This document shows, piece by piece, positions 8,389 to 15,977 of a stretch of DNA of 47,329 nt (positions are counted from its first letter, which is position 1; each line of letters opens with the position of its first letter). This DNA is from Candidatus Peribacteria bacterium RIFCSPHIGHO2_02_FULL_51_15 (GTDB lineage Bacteria; Patescibacteriota; Gracilibacteria; Peribacterales; Peribacteraceae). Both the position numbers and the translations under genes were made by a program. Location: positions 1 to 47,329 of the forward strand of contig MFXU01000004.1 in assembly GCA_001788965.1 (NCBI GenBank), written 5' to 3'. Below the pieces are notes generated by a model, which saw nothing but the letters and a program-made list of their open reading frames with translations, had not been told where the DNA came from and searched no databases.

Positions 8389-9819
8389 TCAGGCCGCCAA
8401 CCCCACCTCCCGCTCAATAGTCCTCAGCTCCCTAAGCAATTGTGCGTCTTCCTGGATCTTGTTCTCGATCTTCCCCACCGCATGCATGACGGTCGTGTGA
8501 TCCCGGTTGGAGAAGGTCTCGCCCAGCCGGACGAAACTCATCCGGAGGAATTTCTTGCCCATATACATGGCAATATGCCGCGGAATCAACACCTCCCGGA
8601 CCCGCGACTGCCCCAGCATGTCCTGAACCGAAACCGAGAAATAACTGCTGACCCCCTCGAGCACGTCCTGAAAAGAAACTGCATGCTTGGCCGGCGGCTC
8701 AAAGCCGACTTGGCCGGCCAGCGCCGGATCGTCCGCCACCAGCTTCTGCATGATATCGGCGATGGATTTCACGGTCGGAACGAAATGCTCAAGCTCATAT
8801 TGGGCCACCGCCTGCATCAGAATGCCTTCCAGCTGCCGGACGCTCTTGGTCGCGTACTGCGCTATGTAATTCAAAACTTTTTCATCCAGGAGCAGTCCGT
8901 ATTCCTTGGCCTTCTCGGAAAGGATGGCGTGGCGCGTCTCATAATCCGGCTGGCTCAAATCGGCGATCATCCCGCGCTCGAAGCGCGACACCAGCCGGTC
9001 CTGGAGGATTGTAAGCTCGCGCGGCGGACGGTCGGAGCTGATGATGATCTGTTTGCGTTCCTCGATGAGAGTGTTGAACGTGTGGAAAAGTTCCTCCTGT
9101 GTGCGGTCCTTGTTTGCCAGAAACTGGACGTCATCGATTATCATCACGTCTAACTCGCGGTAACGGCGCCGGAACTGCTCCATCTTCTGATGCTGGATGG
9201 CCTCTATCACCTGGTTCGTAAAATCTTCGGTAGTGGTATACAGCACGGTCGCGCCGGGCTGGTTTCTGAGTATTGCATTGCCGGTACCCTGCAAAAGATG
9301 TGTTTTCCCGAGACCTACCCCGCCATAAAGGAACAGCGGGTTGTATTTTCCGCCAGGCTGTGAAGCTACCGCGCAACAGGCGGCATGTGCCAGCCGGTTA
9401 TTGGGTCCGACTACGAAATTTTCCAGAGTGTATCTGGAGTTCAGTATTTTGCTTACCAGGCCCTCGGCCAGTTTTATTTCACCTTTGTTCGGCAACTTGC
9501 GTCCGCGTTTTTTTTCCGGAAAATGTTCGAGTAGCTTGAGCGTACGGGCCAGATCATCTTTGAGTCCGACATCTACCTGATACACGACCTGCTCGATCGT
9601 GGGATCCGTTTCTTTCAATGCTTCCAGGGTGAGTCCGCGATAATGCTCCAGATGCCAATTTAGAAACATGGGTAGCGGCAAACCGATAATCACCGTCTTT
9701 TCTTCACGACCCAGCACGGTCGTGTCTTTAAACCAGGTTATGAACTGCCCGCGCGGTAACCCGCGCTCGATTTTCTCCAGAACCTTCAGCCACAGATCGA
9801 GGTCGACAGAGGAGGTCAT
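8389..9819 (-). CDS. dnaA: chromosomal replication initiator DnaA
   Basis: 476 aa. Walker A GGVGLGKTHL, Walker B MIIDDVQF, C-terminal DNA-binding domain (NRDHTTVMHA). Confidence 0.95.
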   Translation of the reverse strand: MTSSVDLDLWLKVLEKIERGLPRGQFITWFKDTTVLGREEKTVIIGLPLPMFLNWHLEHYRGLTLEALKETDPTIEQVVYQVDVGLKDDLARTLKLLEHFPEKKRGRKLPNKGEIKLAEGLVSKILNSRYTLENFVVGPNNRLAHAACCAVASQPGGKYNPLFLYGGVGLGKTHLLQGTGNAILRNQPGATVLYTTTEDFTNQVIEAIQHQKMEQFRRRYRELDVMIIDDVQFLANKDRTQEELFHTFNTLIEERKQIIISSDRPPRELTILQDRLVSRFERGMIADLSQPDYETRHAILSEKAKEYGLLLDEKVLNYIAQYATKSVRQLEGILMQAVAQYELEHFVPTVKSIADIMQKLVADDPALAGQVGFEPPAKHAVSFQDVLEGVSSYFSVSVQDMLGQSRVREVLIPRHIAMYMGKKFLRMSFVRLGETFSNRDHTTVMHAVGKIENKIQEDAQLLRELRTIEREVGLAA

Positions 9820-9820
9820 T

Positions 9821-10933
9821 TTAAAAAAGGTTAATCACATCATTAAACGTTATGATCAAAATCAATATGATCAGCAGGAAAAAGCCGACGGCGTTTGTAA
9901 TCAGTTCAAATCGCTGGTTTAGCGGCCGCCGCATCATCACTTCCACGAATACGAAGAGCAGACGCCCGCCGTCGAGCGAGGGCAGCGGCAGGACATTCAG
10001 TATCGCCAGGCTCAGGCTCAGAAGCGCCACCAACCGGAGGTAAGTCATGAACCCTTCCTGCACCGAGCTGTAGGTCAGAACCGCTATCCCGACAATACCG
10101 GTGATTCCCTCCGGCACATGCCCTTTGGTCGCCAGTGTCTGGATCAGATTTCCTATCCCACGGACGGTTTGGACGGTCATAAACTGCGTTTCTTTCAGCG
10201 CCAAGGGGATAGCCTGGCTGATGGGCCGTACCGGGCCGGAGAGCTCGGCGGCAAAAGGCGAGATGGCTATGCCGGCTTTTTCATCTTTCAGCACGACCTT
10301 CACATCCCTTATTTTCTTGTCCTTGCCTTCCATCAGAGTATAAGTGACTTCCTTTTTTCCGCGCTGGAAAGCCAGCACGTCGTCCGGTCGTTTAACTTCG
10401 ATCCCGTTCACCGCTTTGATCGCGCTGTCTTTCACTACCCCCGCCCTGGCCGCCGGACTATCGGGCAGGACTTCGGTGATGTATACGCCCGTCTCGAGAA
10501 ACACTTCACCCCGGGCCGCGGCATTTTCCAGTTGTTCGATCGACGTGTAATAGCTCGGAACCCATTGTCCGATTGAAAAACCGGCTGTAAGCAGCGCGAA
10601 TGCCAAGATAAAATTCATGGCTACCCCCCCGAGCAGTATGCAAGTCCGCGCAAAAGGACTGGAACCGGCAAAACTGCCCTTTTCGAATCTCTTCAATATG
10701 TTTATTTCATTCTCGCCTTTAAGCCTTACAAATCCACCGAACGGCACCCAGTTCAACGTAAACAGCGTTTTTCCGATTCTGAACAAAACCCTGGCTTTTG
10801 GCGGGAGACCGAAACCGAATTCCTCCACTTCCACGCCGAAAAACCTGGCCAAACCGTAATGTCCCAGCTCATGAATTATTATCAAAAGCGTAAGCAGTAA
10901 TATGAAGGCCACAATTGAAACCAAAATATCCAT
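9821..10933 (-). CDS. rseP: RIP metalloprotease RseP (M50, site-2 protease)
   Basis: HELGHY zinc motif, central PDZ-like region, C-terminal LPLPSLDGG motif. The ATG at 10933 is preferred over the TTG at 10948. Confidence 0.85.
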   Translation of the reverse strand: MDILVSIVAFILLLTLLIIIHELGHYGLARFFGVEVEEFGFGLPPKARVLFRIGKTLFTLNWVPFGGFVRLKGENEINILKRFEKGSFAGSSPFARTCILLGGVAMNFILAFALLTAGFSIGQWVPSYYTSIEQLENAAARGEVFLETGVYITEVLPDSPAARAGVVKDSAIKAVNGIEVKRPDDVLAFQRGKKEVTYTLMEGKDKKIRDVKVVLKDEKAGIAISPFAAELSGPVRPISQAIPLALKETQFMTVQTVRGIGNLIQTLATKGHVPEGITGIVGIAVLTYSSVQEGFMTYLRLVALLSLSLAILNVLPLPSLDGGRLLFVFVEVMMRRPLNQRFELITNAVGFFLLIILILIITFNDVINLF

Positions 10934-11062
10934 GAAATTTACAGGCAAATCGGAACTTACCAGTACTGTGTAAAACTAAATAGTTTTCCACACCCACTTT
11001 CGCTTGCGGTCTACTTAGAAGAAGTAGCTGGTATTAAGATGAAAAATAAAGCGCTCACAATA

Positions 11063-12073
11063 CTATTCAGCCTGCCCCTTATTCTTCATCAAACACAAAC
11101 TTAATTCTCTCAAATTCAATGTCCTCTCTGCGGCCATGCCCAATTCGTCGGAAGTGCGTTTATGGCCTACAGCATTCCAGGGTGCGACTTGTTCCACATC
11201 CGGCATTAATTCTGAGAGACCGGCAATGATTGCAGCGGTTAACCTGCTTATTCTATTCTGTGCGGATCCCTGTACAGTTGCCCTTATGCTATGAAGCGAT
11301 TTTATCAATCTGACCGCGATTGCTCTTTCTCTGGATTCTCTTGATAAAGACTCTTCCGATCCGGGGAAAAACTCGCTCAAGGGTATTCGCCCCAGCGCCT
11401 CTCCCCACCGCCGAATATCGGTAATTCGCAAATCCGTTGATGGGTCTTCTTGAGCGCGTAGATCACTCAGTGACAAACCATGACCTAACATGTGTTTGGC
11501 AACGGTTCGTAAAGTGAAGCCCTCCCTTCTCCTTACAGCATTAATTTGATGCAATTTCTCCGGATCAAAGACAATTTTTTGTAGGATACCTATTGATTCA
11601 ACCTGCTCCAACCGTGGTCCGTCTGACTCCCTAACAATGTCCATCAGATCCGGACGTAATTCCAAAAGATTTTGTATACACCTGTGAGAATAGGTTTGGA
11701 TCTGTTTGTCCGGAGTTGAAGAATGAATACTTAAAACCATTTTCATCCATCGAGCCAACATCAATCGATGTGCAGATATCCTCTCCTTGGGAGGAGCCGC
11801 ATCGTCAATTATGAGTTCGGGGACATCGACATCAAGCAAAGCTGCCCACCGATACAAAGCGGAAAGTAAAAGATCCGAGGTAGCACGCTGTTGTTGGCGT
11901 ACAGAACCAACGTCGTCGATTCCCATTCTCTCCGCTGCAGTACGCAGCGAAATACCCTCGGATAAACGTATCTCACTAATCCTGTTCAAGCCCGTAGACA
12001 AATTTTCACTCGCTGCATGTACCGCCAGATCTTCCTGAGACGTATTTCCGGAACAAGGAATGTGAGTTGACAT
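11063..12073 (-). CDS. transcriptional regulator with two XRE-type HTH domains
   Basis: 336 aa. Two HTH-like segments: ISLRTAAERMGIDDVGSVRQQQR and FTLRTVAKHMLGHGLSLSDLRAQE. Confidence 0.55.
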   Translation of the reverse strand: MSTHIPCSGNTSQEDLAVHAASENLSTGLNRISEIRLSEGISLRTAAERMGIDDVGSVRQQQRATSDLLLSALYRWAALLDVDVPELIIDDAAPPKERISAHRLMLARWMKMVLSIHSSTPDKQIQTYSHRCIQNLLELRPDLMDIVRESDGPRLEQVESIGILQKIVFDPEKLHQINAVRRREGFTLRTVAKHMLGHGLSLSDLRAQEDPSTDLRITDIRRWGEALGRIPLSEFFPGSEESLSRESRERAIAVRLIKSLHSIRATVQGSAQNRISRLTAAIIAGLSELMPDVEQVAPWNAVGHKRTSDELGMAAERTLNLRELSLCLMKNKGQAE

Positions 12074-12222
12074 AGTCTCTTTATATTTCTTAATTAAGTT
12101 TAAGTCAAATTTATAGACAGTGAACGACCAGTGAACTTTCCGCCAGAATAGAACGCTCTCTTCTGGAGAGAACGCCTACAAATCTCAATGGTGGTGCCTG
12201 CTGGACGAAATTATAACCGATT

Positions 12223-12275
12223 TGGGGCGTGGCGGCTGATTTTGCTTCGCACCCCCCCACAGCCGCCGCGCCGCC
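12223..12275. repeat. GC-rich hairpin repeat, family A, copy 2
   Basis: GGGGCGTGGCGGCTGATTTTGCT...CACAGCCGCCGCGCCGCCC. It shares GCGGCTGATTTTGCT and the arm logic with 1599-1644. Confidence 0.65.
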
Positions 12276-12378
12276 CGTTGAAGTGCCGTTTCCGCCTGCC
12301 CTTCCGTAGCCCCGAAGGGGCGAAGGAGGGTGACGATTTGTAACCGCTCTTTTGCCACAAAACTGCGGGTTTTTCGAT

Positions 12379-12406
12379 TTGACATTATCCATAACCTGTG
12401 TATTAT
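12379..12406 (+). promoter_or_regulatory. sigma70-like promoter
   Basis: TTGACA (12379-12384), a 16-nt spacer ending in TGTG, then TATTAT (12401-12406). Confidence 0.5.
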
Positions 12407-12429
12407 TAGCACAATTTCCCCAACCATTC

Positions 12430-13203
12430 ATGAATTCTGTAACGCCTGAAACAAGAGAGCGCCTTGGATCCAATGATCTACCTGGTAGTGGCACAGTCGA
12501 GGTTACAGGGGCAAGCAATGTGGAAGGTATGCGCTCTCAGCTGCATGTTTCCGTTTTAGGTGTATCGGATCCAAATCAAAACGATGGTGCGAACCCTGCA
12601 GAATCAACTGCATTGCAATCTTTCGAATTCACACCAAAAATGGCTGATGAAGCCATCGCTGCGCTCAGAGCAGAGTTTGATAAAGGCGCACAAGGTGCGA
12701 AAGAGGCGGGATACCTTGTACAGGAAGGAATCGCTTTTTCTGCCGTCGAAGCGAAGTTACGAGCAGCAGAAAACAAACCAGTGCTCGTATCGCTCTACAG
12801 GATGGTTCAGGCCGGTTCCCGGCCTGCCGTTGTCTGCGCAGAAAATGGAAGGTATTGCATCGCAGAGACATTCGGTCGGACACTGGCAGCACGTGCAAAC
12901 TGCGTGTACGACAAAGAGGCAGAAGATAGAGTCGGACGTGATAATTGCAACGGAAATGCTGTCGATCAGGCGAAGGAGATGGGAGTTCCTCTCATGGAGA
13001 GAAGCATTGCTGATGCACATCTCACTCGATTCCCAGACGCAGATCAGTATTGCTACGACTACATTCAGGCAGCGGAAGACGAACTAAAAGACGGTTTCGC
13101 CCCTTGCGTCTGTCGCGGCGGCGGTAAGGCGGTCGTGGTCCTGTACGTCGCCCGCGACCACGACGACGACCTTCAGGGTTGGCGTGGCGCGCTATGGGTT
13201 TGA
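12430..13203 (+). CDS. DUF4256-family protein (alternative start ATG 12640)
   Basis: The C-terminal ~185 aa align by eye with my recollection of DUF4256: GIAFSAVEAKL, LVSLYRMVQAGSRPAVV, VYDKEAE, NAVDQAKEMGVPLM, and the ending GWRGALWV. The N-terminal ~70 aa are low complexity. Confidence 0.55.
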   Translation: MNSVTPETRERLGSNDLPGSGTVEVTGASNVEGMRSQLHVSVLGVSDPNQNDGANPAESTALQSFEFTPKMADEAIAALRAEFDKGAQGAKEAGYLVQEGIAFSAVEAKLRAAENKPVLVSLYRMVQAGSRPAVVCAENGRYCIAETFGRTLAARANCVYDKEAEDRVGRDNCNGNAVDQAKEMGVPLMERSIADAHLTRFPDADQYCYDYIQAAEDELKDGFAPCVCRGGGKAVVVLYVARDHDDDLQGWRGALWV

Positions 13204-13247
13204 TTCTTTGAACTTTAGTCTTTGTACTCTTTTTTTCTTTGTCCTTT

Positions 13248-13275
13248 AGACCGCCGTTAGGCGGTCTTCCGTTTT
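13248..13275 (+). terminator. rho-independent terminator
   Basis: AGACCGCC GTTA GGCGGTCT followed by TCCGTTTT. Confidence 0.7.
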
Positions 13276-13282
13276 AAATTTT

Positions 13283-13452
13283 CTTTGGTACTCTCCGGGG
13301 AGAGTGGCCCGGGGCCGAAGGCCGAGGACCACCCCTCGACCGTGAGTTCGGGTTCGAACGGTGAGTGAGCCCCGCGCATGCGGGGCGAGTCGAATGGTGG
13401 GCAGTCTTACAGGATGCTAGAACTGCGGTTAGAACTATGGCCGCGCCACGTG
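13283..13452. ncRNA. GC-rich, highly structured segment; candidate small RNA of unknown class
   Basis: Nested helices: CCACC..TCGAC/GTCGA..GGTGG enclose hairpins CCCCGCGCATGCGGGG and GTTCG/CGAAC. Further hairpins are CTCTCC-GG-GGAGAG and GGCC-GAA-GGCC. No ORF. Lies between a terminator and tRNA-Val. Confidence 0.25.
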
Positions 13453-13524
13453 AGAGCGTCCAAGAAGCCACGTAAAACGGCTGCGCCGTCACGTGGCACG
13501 TAAAAATCGCTGCGCTCTTTTACG

Positions 13525-13601
13525 TGGTGGGCAATACTGGACTCGAACCAGTGACCTCCACAATGTCAATGTGGCGCTCTAACCATCTGAGCTAATTGCC
13601 C
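13525..13601 (-). tRNA. tRNA-Val (anticodon GAC)
   Basis: GGGCAATTAGCTCAGATGGTTAGAGC..., anticodon loop TTGACAT, T-arm ACTGGTTCGAGTCCAGT, encoded CCA. Confidence 0.9.
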
Positions 13602-13729
13602 GAAACATGCGGATAGAAAAGAACAATTGCCTATCTCGCGTTGCCTTCTTAACTTAAACAAGAAGGTTCCCAAAGCAATGAGGCAACTTGCGAAAGTGTA
13701 GCATCGATTAATGTTGAGATCTATGCAGG

Positions 13730-14275
13730 TTGCTCAGTAATAATCACGACGAAGCGGGGGCAAAGGAGGAATATGAAATACTTGTGCCGAAAGTCATCAA
13801 CCAGATGCGCAAAACCGGCGACTGGGGTCGGTATCTGGATCCGATTTTGTCGCTGATGGGTTACAACGAAACACTGGCTCAGGAATATTTCCCGTCTCTT
13901 GAATCCGAAATACGCGGAAAAAACTGGAATTGGTTCACTACCGAAAACGAACCGAAAATAAAAGCGACTACCCGGGTTCCGGAAAACATAAACGAAGTCG
14001 ATGAAACAATCTGCAACGAAATTTTCGCCTGCCGGGCGACGGGCAAAGCCTACAAAATACTTCTCCAGGAACTTAAATTTTATAAATTGATGAGCCTGCC
14101 GCTGCCAAGTAGATGCCCCGAGGAGCGGCATAAAGAGCGCTTGAATAAGCGCAATCCCCGGAAGCTGTGGCCCAGGACATGCTCAAATTGCGGTGTGCGG
14201 ATCGAAACCAACTTCGAGCCACATAGAACCGAAAAAGTGCTTTGTGAAAATTGCTATCTGAAGCAGATTTACTGA
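13730..14275 (+). CDS. C-terminal-third-only paralog of the Cys-rich protein at 42318-44003; possibly a gene fragment
   Basis: Aligns with the last ~180 aa of the 561-aa paralog (AKEEYE.., GYNET.A.EY.P, RKLWPR.C..CG, YC..CY..IY*). It has only a TTG start and abuts the tRNA-Val upstream region. Confidence 0.5.
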   Translation: MLSNNHDEAGAKEEYEILVPKVINQMRKTGDWGRYLDPILSLMGYNETLAQEYFPSLESEIRGKNWNWFTTENEPKIKATTRVPENINEVDETICNEIFACRATGKAYKILLQELKFYKLMSLPLPSRCPEERHKERLNKRNPRKLWPRTCSNCGVRIETNFEPHRTEKVLCENCYLKQIY

Positions 14276-14352
14276 GACGCAAAAAAAACAAAACGCGCAA
14301 CAACAATTTTCAATTCTCAATTCTCTTTAGGCTTGGGGTACCATGCTTCCCA

Positions 14353-15120
14353 ATGCTTTCACGACTCCTGGACATCTTTTTCCCGCGCCATTCCCTTACC
14401 GGCACCGAAGGCGGCTGGATAACCGAATCGGAACGAAGATCGATGCGGACTTTCCCGGTCCGGCTGCATAAGGAAATACTCAGGAAAAGAGATCTAAAGA
14501 ATCTGGATTGCCTGATAGCCGCCGGAAGCTACAGCGAGTCCCCTCTTCTCAGGAAAGCCATTCACTCGTTCAAGTACTTGAGAATCAAAGACCTGGGAAA
14601 AGAGTTGGCGGACAAAATAGCCTCCGCCCTCCCTGGTCTTTTAACTCTCCCGGATAAATTTAATCCAAAATTAAATTCTCAATTGCCTGCCCCTCCGAAG
14701 TCCGCCACAGCGGACGAAGGGGGATCAATTATCAATTCCCTGCTCACCGAAGCTCTGGCGAAGGCGGGTCAATTACGCCCCGTCCTCTGCCCCGTTCCCC
14801 TCCATTGGACCCGCAAATTTCACCGCGGATTCAACCAGGCAGAGGTCATCGCGCAAAGTTTAAGCGCAAAAACCGGCTGGCCGGTGATTCAGCTTTTGAA
14901 ACGGTCAAAACCCACCGGACATCAGGCATTTCGAACCCGCACCGAAAGATTTGAAGCGATGCAGGACGTCTTTGTTTCCATTGCCAAGAGTCAGACTCCG
15001 CTCTGCGTGCTGTTGATCGACGATGTATTTACCACCGGAGCCACGATGGACAGCTGTGCGAAAGCGCTGAAGAGGGCAGGGGTTAAATTCGTTGCAGGTT
15101 TGGTTGCAGCACACGGATAA
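14353..15120 (+). CDS. comF: ComF-family phosphoribosyltransferase-like protein
   Basis: RGFNQAEVIA and the PRTase motif VLLIDDVFTTGATM. The start MLSRLLDIFFP is at 14353. Carries an internal repeat-derived insert. Confidence 0.75.
   Translation: MLSRLLDIFFPRHSLTGTEGGWITESERRSMRTFPVRLHKEILRKRDLKNLDCLIAAGSYSESPLLRKAIHSFKYLRIKDLGKELADKIASALPGLLTLPDKFNPKLNSQLPAPPKSATADEGGSIINSLLTEALAKAGQLRPVLCPVPLHWTRKFHRGFNQAEVIAQSLSAKTGWPVIQLLKRSKPTGHQAFRTRTERFEAMQDVFVSIAKSQTPLCVLLIDDVFTTGATMDSCAKALKRAGVKFVAGLVAAHG
14655..14785. repeat. L-like palindromic module inserted in frame within comF
   Basis: AAATTCTCAATTGC ... CAATTATCAATTC arms surround the hairpin CCCCTCCGAAGTCCGCC/GGCGGACGAAGGGGG, followed by GGCGAAGGCGGGTCAATT as in the L cores. 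It is translated as about 45 extra residues between conserved ComF blocks. Confidence 0.6.
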
Positions 15121-15141
15121 AGCAGGAAAATTGCTCACCGT

Positions 15142-15214
15142 GGCCGCGGAGGGCCGCTGCTGATCTGAATTTAATTTATTCCACCCAGCAGCACCCCTCC
15201 GTGGGTGCGGCGGC
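15142..15214. repeat. GC-rich hairpin repeat, family B, copy B1
   Basis: GCGGAGGGCCGCTGCTGA - AT-rich loop - CAGCAGCACCCCTCCGTGGG. The same motif occurs at 30531-30612, 44252-44305 and 47215-47295. Confidence 0.75.
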
Positions 15215-15229
15215 TTAAACTCGACAATT

Positions 15230-15294
15230 GCGCTCTGGAACTCAAAAAAGCGGGAGCGAAATATGTGGCGGGATTGGTGGTGGCACACGGATAA
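15230..15294 (+). pseudogene. displaced, diverged duplicate of the comF 3' end
   Basis: Translates to ..LKKAGAKYVAGLVVAHG*, compared with the gene-contiguous ..LKRAGVKFVAGLVAAHG* at 15058-15120. Confidence 0.6.
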
Positions 15295-15297
15295 AAA

Positions 15298-15452
15298 CAA
15301 ATTGTTAAATTGATAAATTGTTAAATTGCTTGCATGCAACAACGCGCGTTTCGCTTGCTTGCCGGACAGAGCTCTTCATCAAACAGAGCTTTAACCACTA
15401 TTGAGCGAAGGCTGGCGAACAATTTAGCCATTTAACAATTTAACAATTTGGC
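15298..15452. repeat. L-family periodic-arm palindrome (L3)
   Basis: Arms are AAATTGTTAAATTGATAAATTGTTAAATTGC / GAACAATTTAGCCATTTAACAATTTAACAATTTG. The core contains CGCGCGTTTCGCTTGCTTGC and GCGAAGGCTGGCG, as in L1 in the opposite orientation. Confidence 0.8.
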
Positions 15453-15503
15453 AAGATGGGCCGAAAGCAAAAACCGGCTTTTTGTGGTAGAATAACAAGA
15501 TTT

Positions 15504-15977
15504 ATGAACACAAACACACAACCTCTACTGGAGTGGCGGGCTCCGGCGCGGATCAATCATGAAAAAAGCGACCGGTGGTATCTGGTCAGCGGAATTATCT
15601 GCGCGATTTTCGTTGTTTACGGGATTCTCACCGGCGCCTGGACCATGAGCATCACATTCGGAATGATCGCCGGTCTGTATTTCTATGTCCGGAATCTCGA
15701 CCACCCGCTGCACTATATCCGGATCTTCGAAGGCGGTATCGAGTTCGACGGCTTGTATTACATCTGGCCTGATTTCAAACATTTCTGGATACTTGACGGC
15801 AAAACATATCACGAACTTCATGTCGAGCCGATAAAAGGCCTCCGCGCCGACATCGTGATACTCACCGACCAGATAGATCCATTTGAACTGCGGGATGTGT
15901 TGAACCAATTCATTCCCCAGATCGCACATAAACGTGAAAGATTACTTGACGCCATTATCCGTTTTTGTAAACTATAG
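15504..15977 (+). CDS. two-TM membrane protein, function unknown
   Basis: The ATG at 15504 follows a TAGAAT -10-like box. Two adjacent TM helices are followed by a soluble domain. Its stop TAG abuts the ATG of the next gene. Confidence 0.5.
   Translation: MNTNTQPLLEWRAPARINHEKSDRWYLVSGIICAIFVVYGILTGAWTMSITFGMIAGLYFYVRNLDHPLHYIRIFEGGIEFDGLYYIWPDFKHFWILDGKTYHELHVEPIKGLRADIVILTDQIDPFELRDVLNQFIPQIAHKRERLLDAIIRFCKL

Noticed and set aside
8440-9153. Long antisense ORFs inside real genes: 237 aa opposite dnaA, 228 aa opposite prs (31945-32631), 261 aa opposite the transposase (292-1077), and 162-165 aa opposite ftsA.
   Set aside because: These are shadow ORFs of well-supported genes. Their compositions are Arg/Gly/His-rich and non-protein-like, and they show no motifs.
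10949-11062. oriC in the rseP / XRE-regulator spacer.
   Set aside because: Only one DnaA-box-like 9-mer (TTTTCCACA) and no box cluster. It is retained only as a low-interest hypothesis.
13283-13452. A 5S rRNA gene on the minus strand (GGCGCGGCCATAG start; CCGTTCGAACCCGAACTCACGG resembles helix III/loop C).
   Set aside because: No 3' strand closes helix I. The loop E consensus (GATGGTAGT / GAGAGTAGG) is not convincingly present. A ~45-nt insertion would be required. The segment is kept only as an unclassified structured region.
13396-13535. TGGTGGGCAGT at 13396-13406 as an att-type direct repeat of the tRNA-Val 3' end TGGTGGGCAAT (13525-13535).
   Set aside because: An 11-nt match with one mismatch is within chance. 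The enclosed 130 bp encodes nothing and no integrase is present.
13773-13856. A 27-codon ORF with a perfect AAGGAGG Shine-Dalgarno sequence inside the truncated Cys-rich paralog.
   Set aside because: It is out of frame with the reading frame that is homologous to the full-length paralog. The SD-like string is simply the codons for KEE in that frame.
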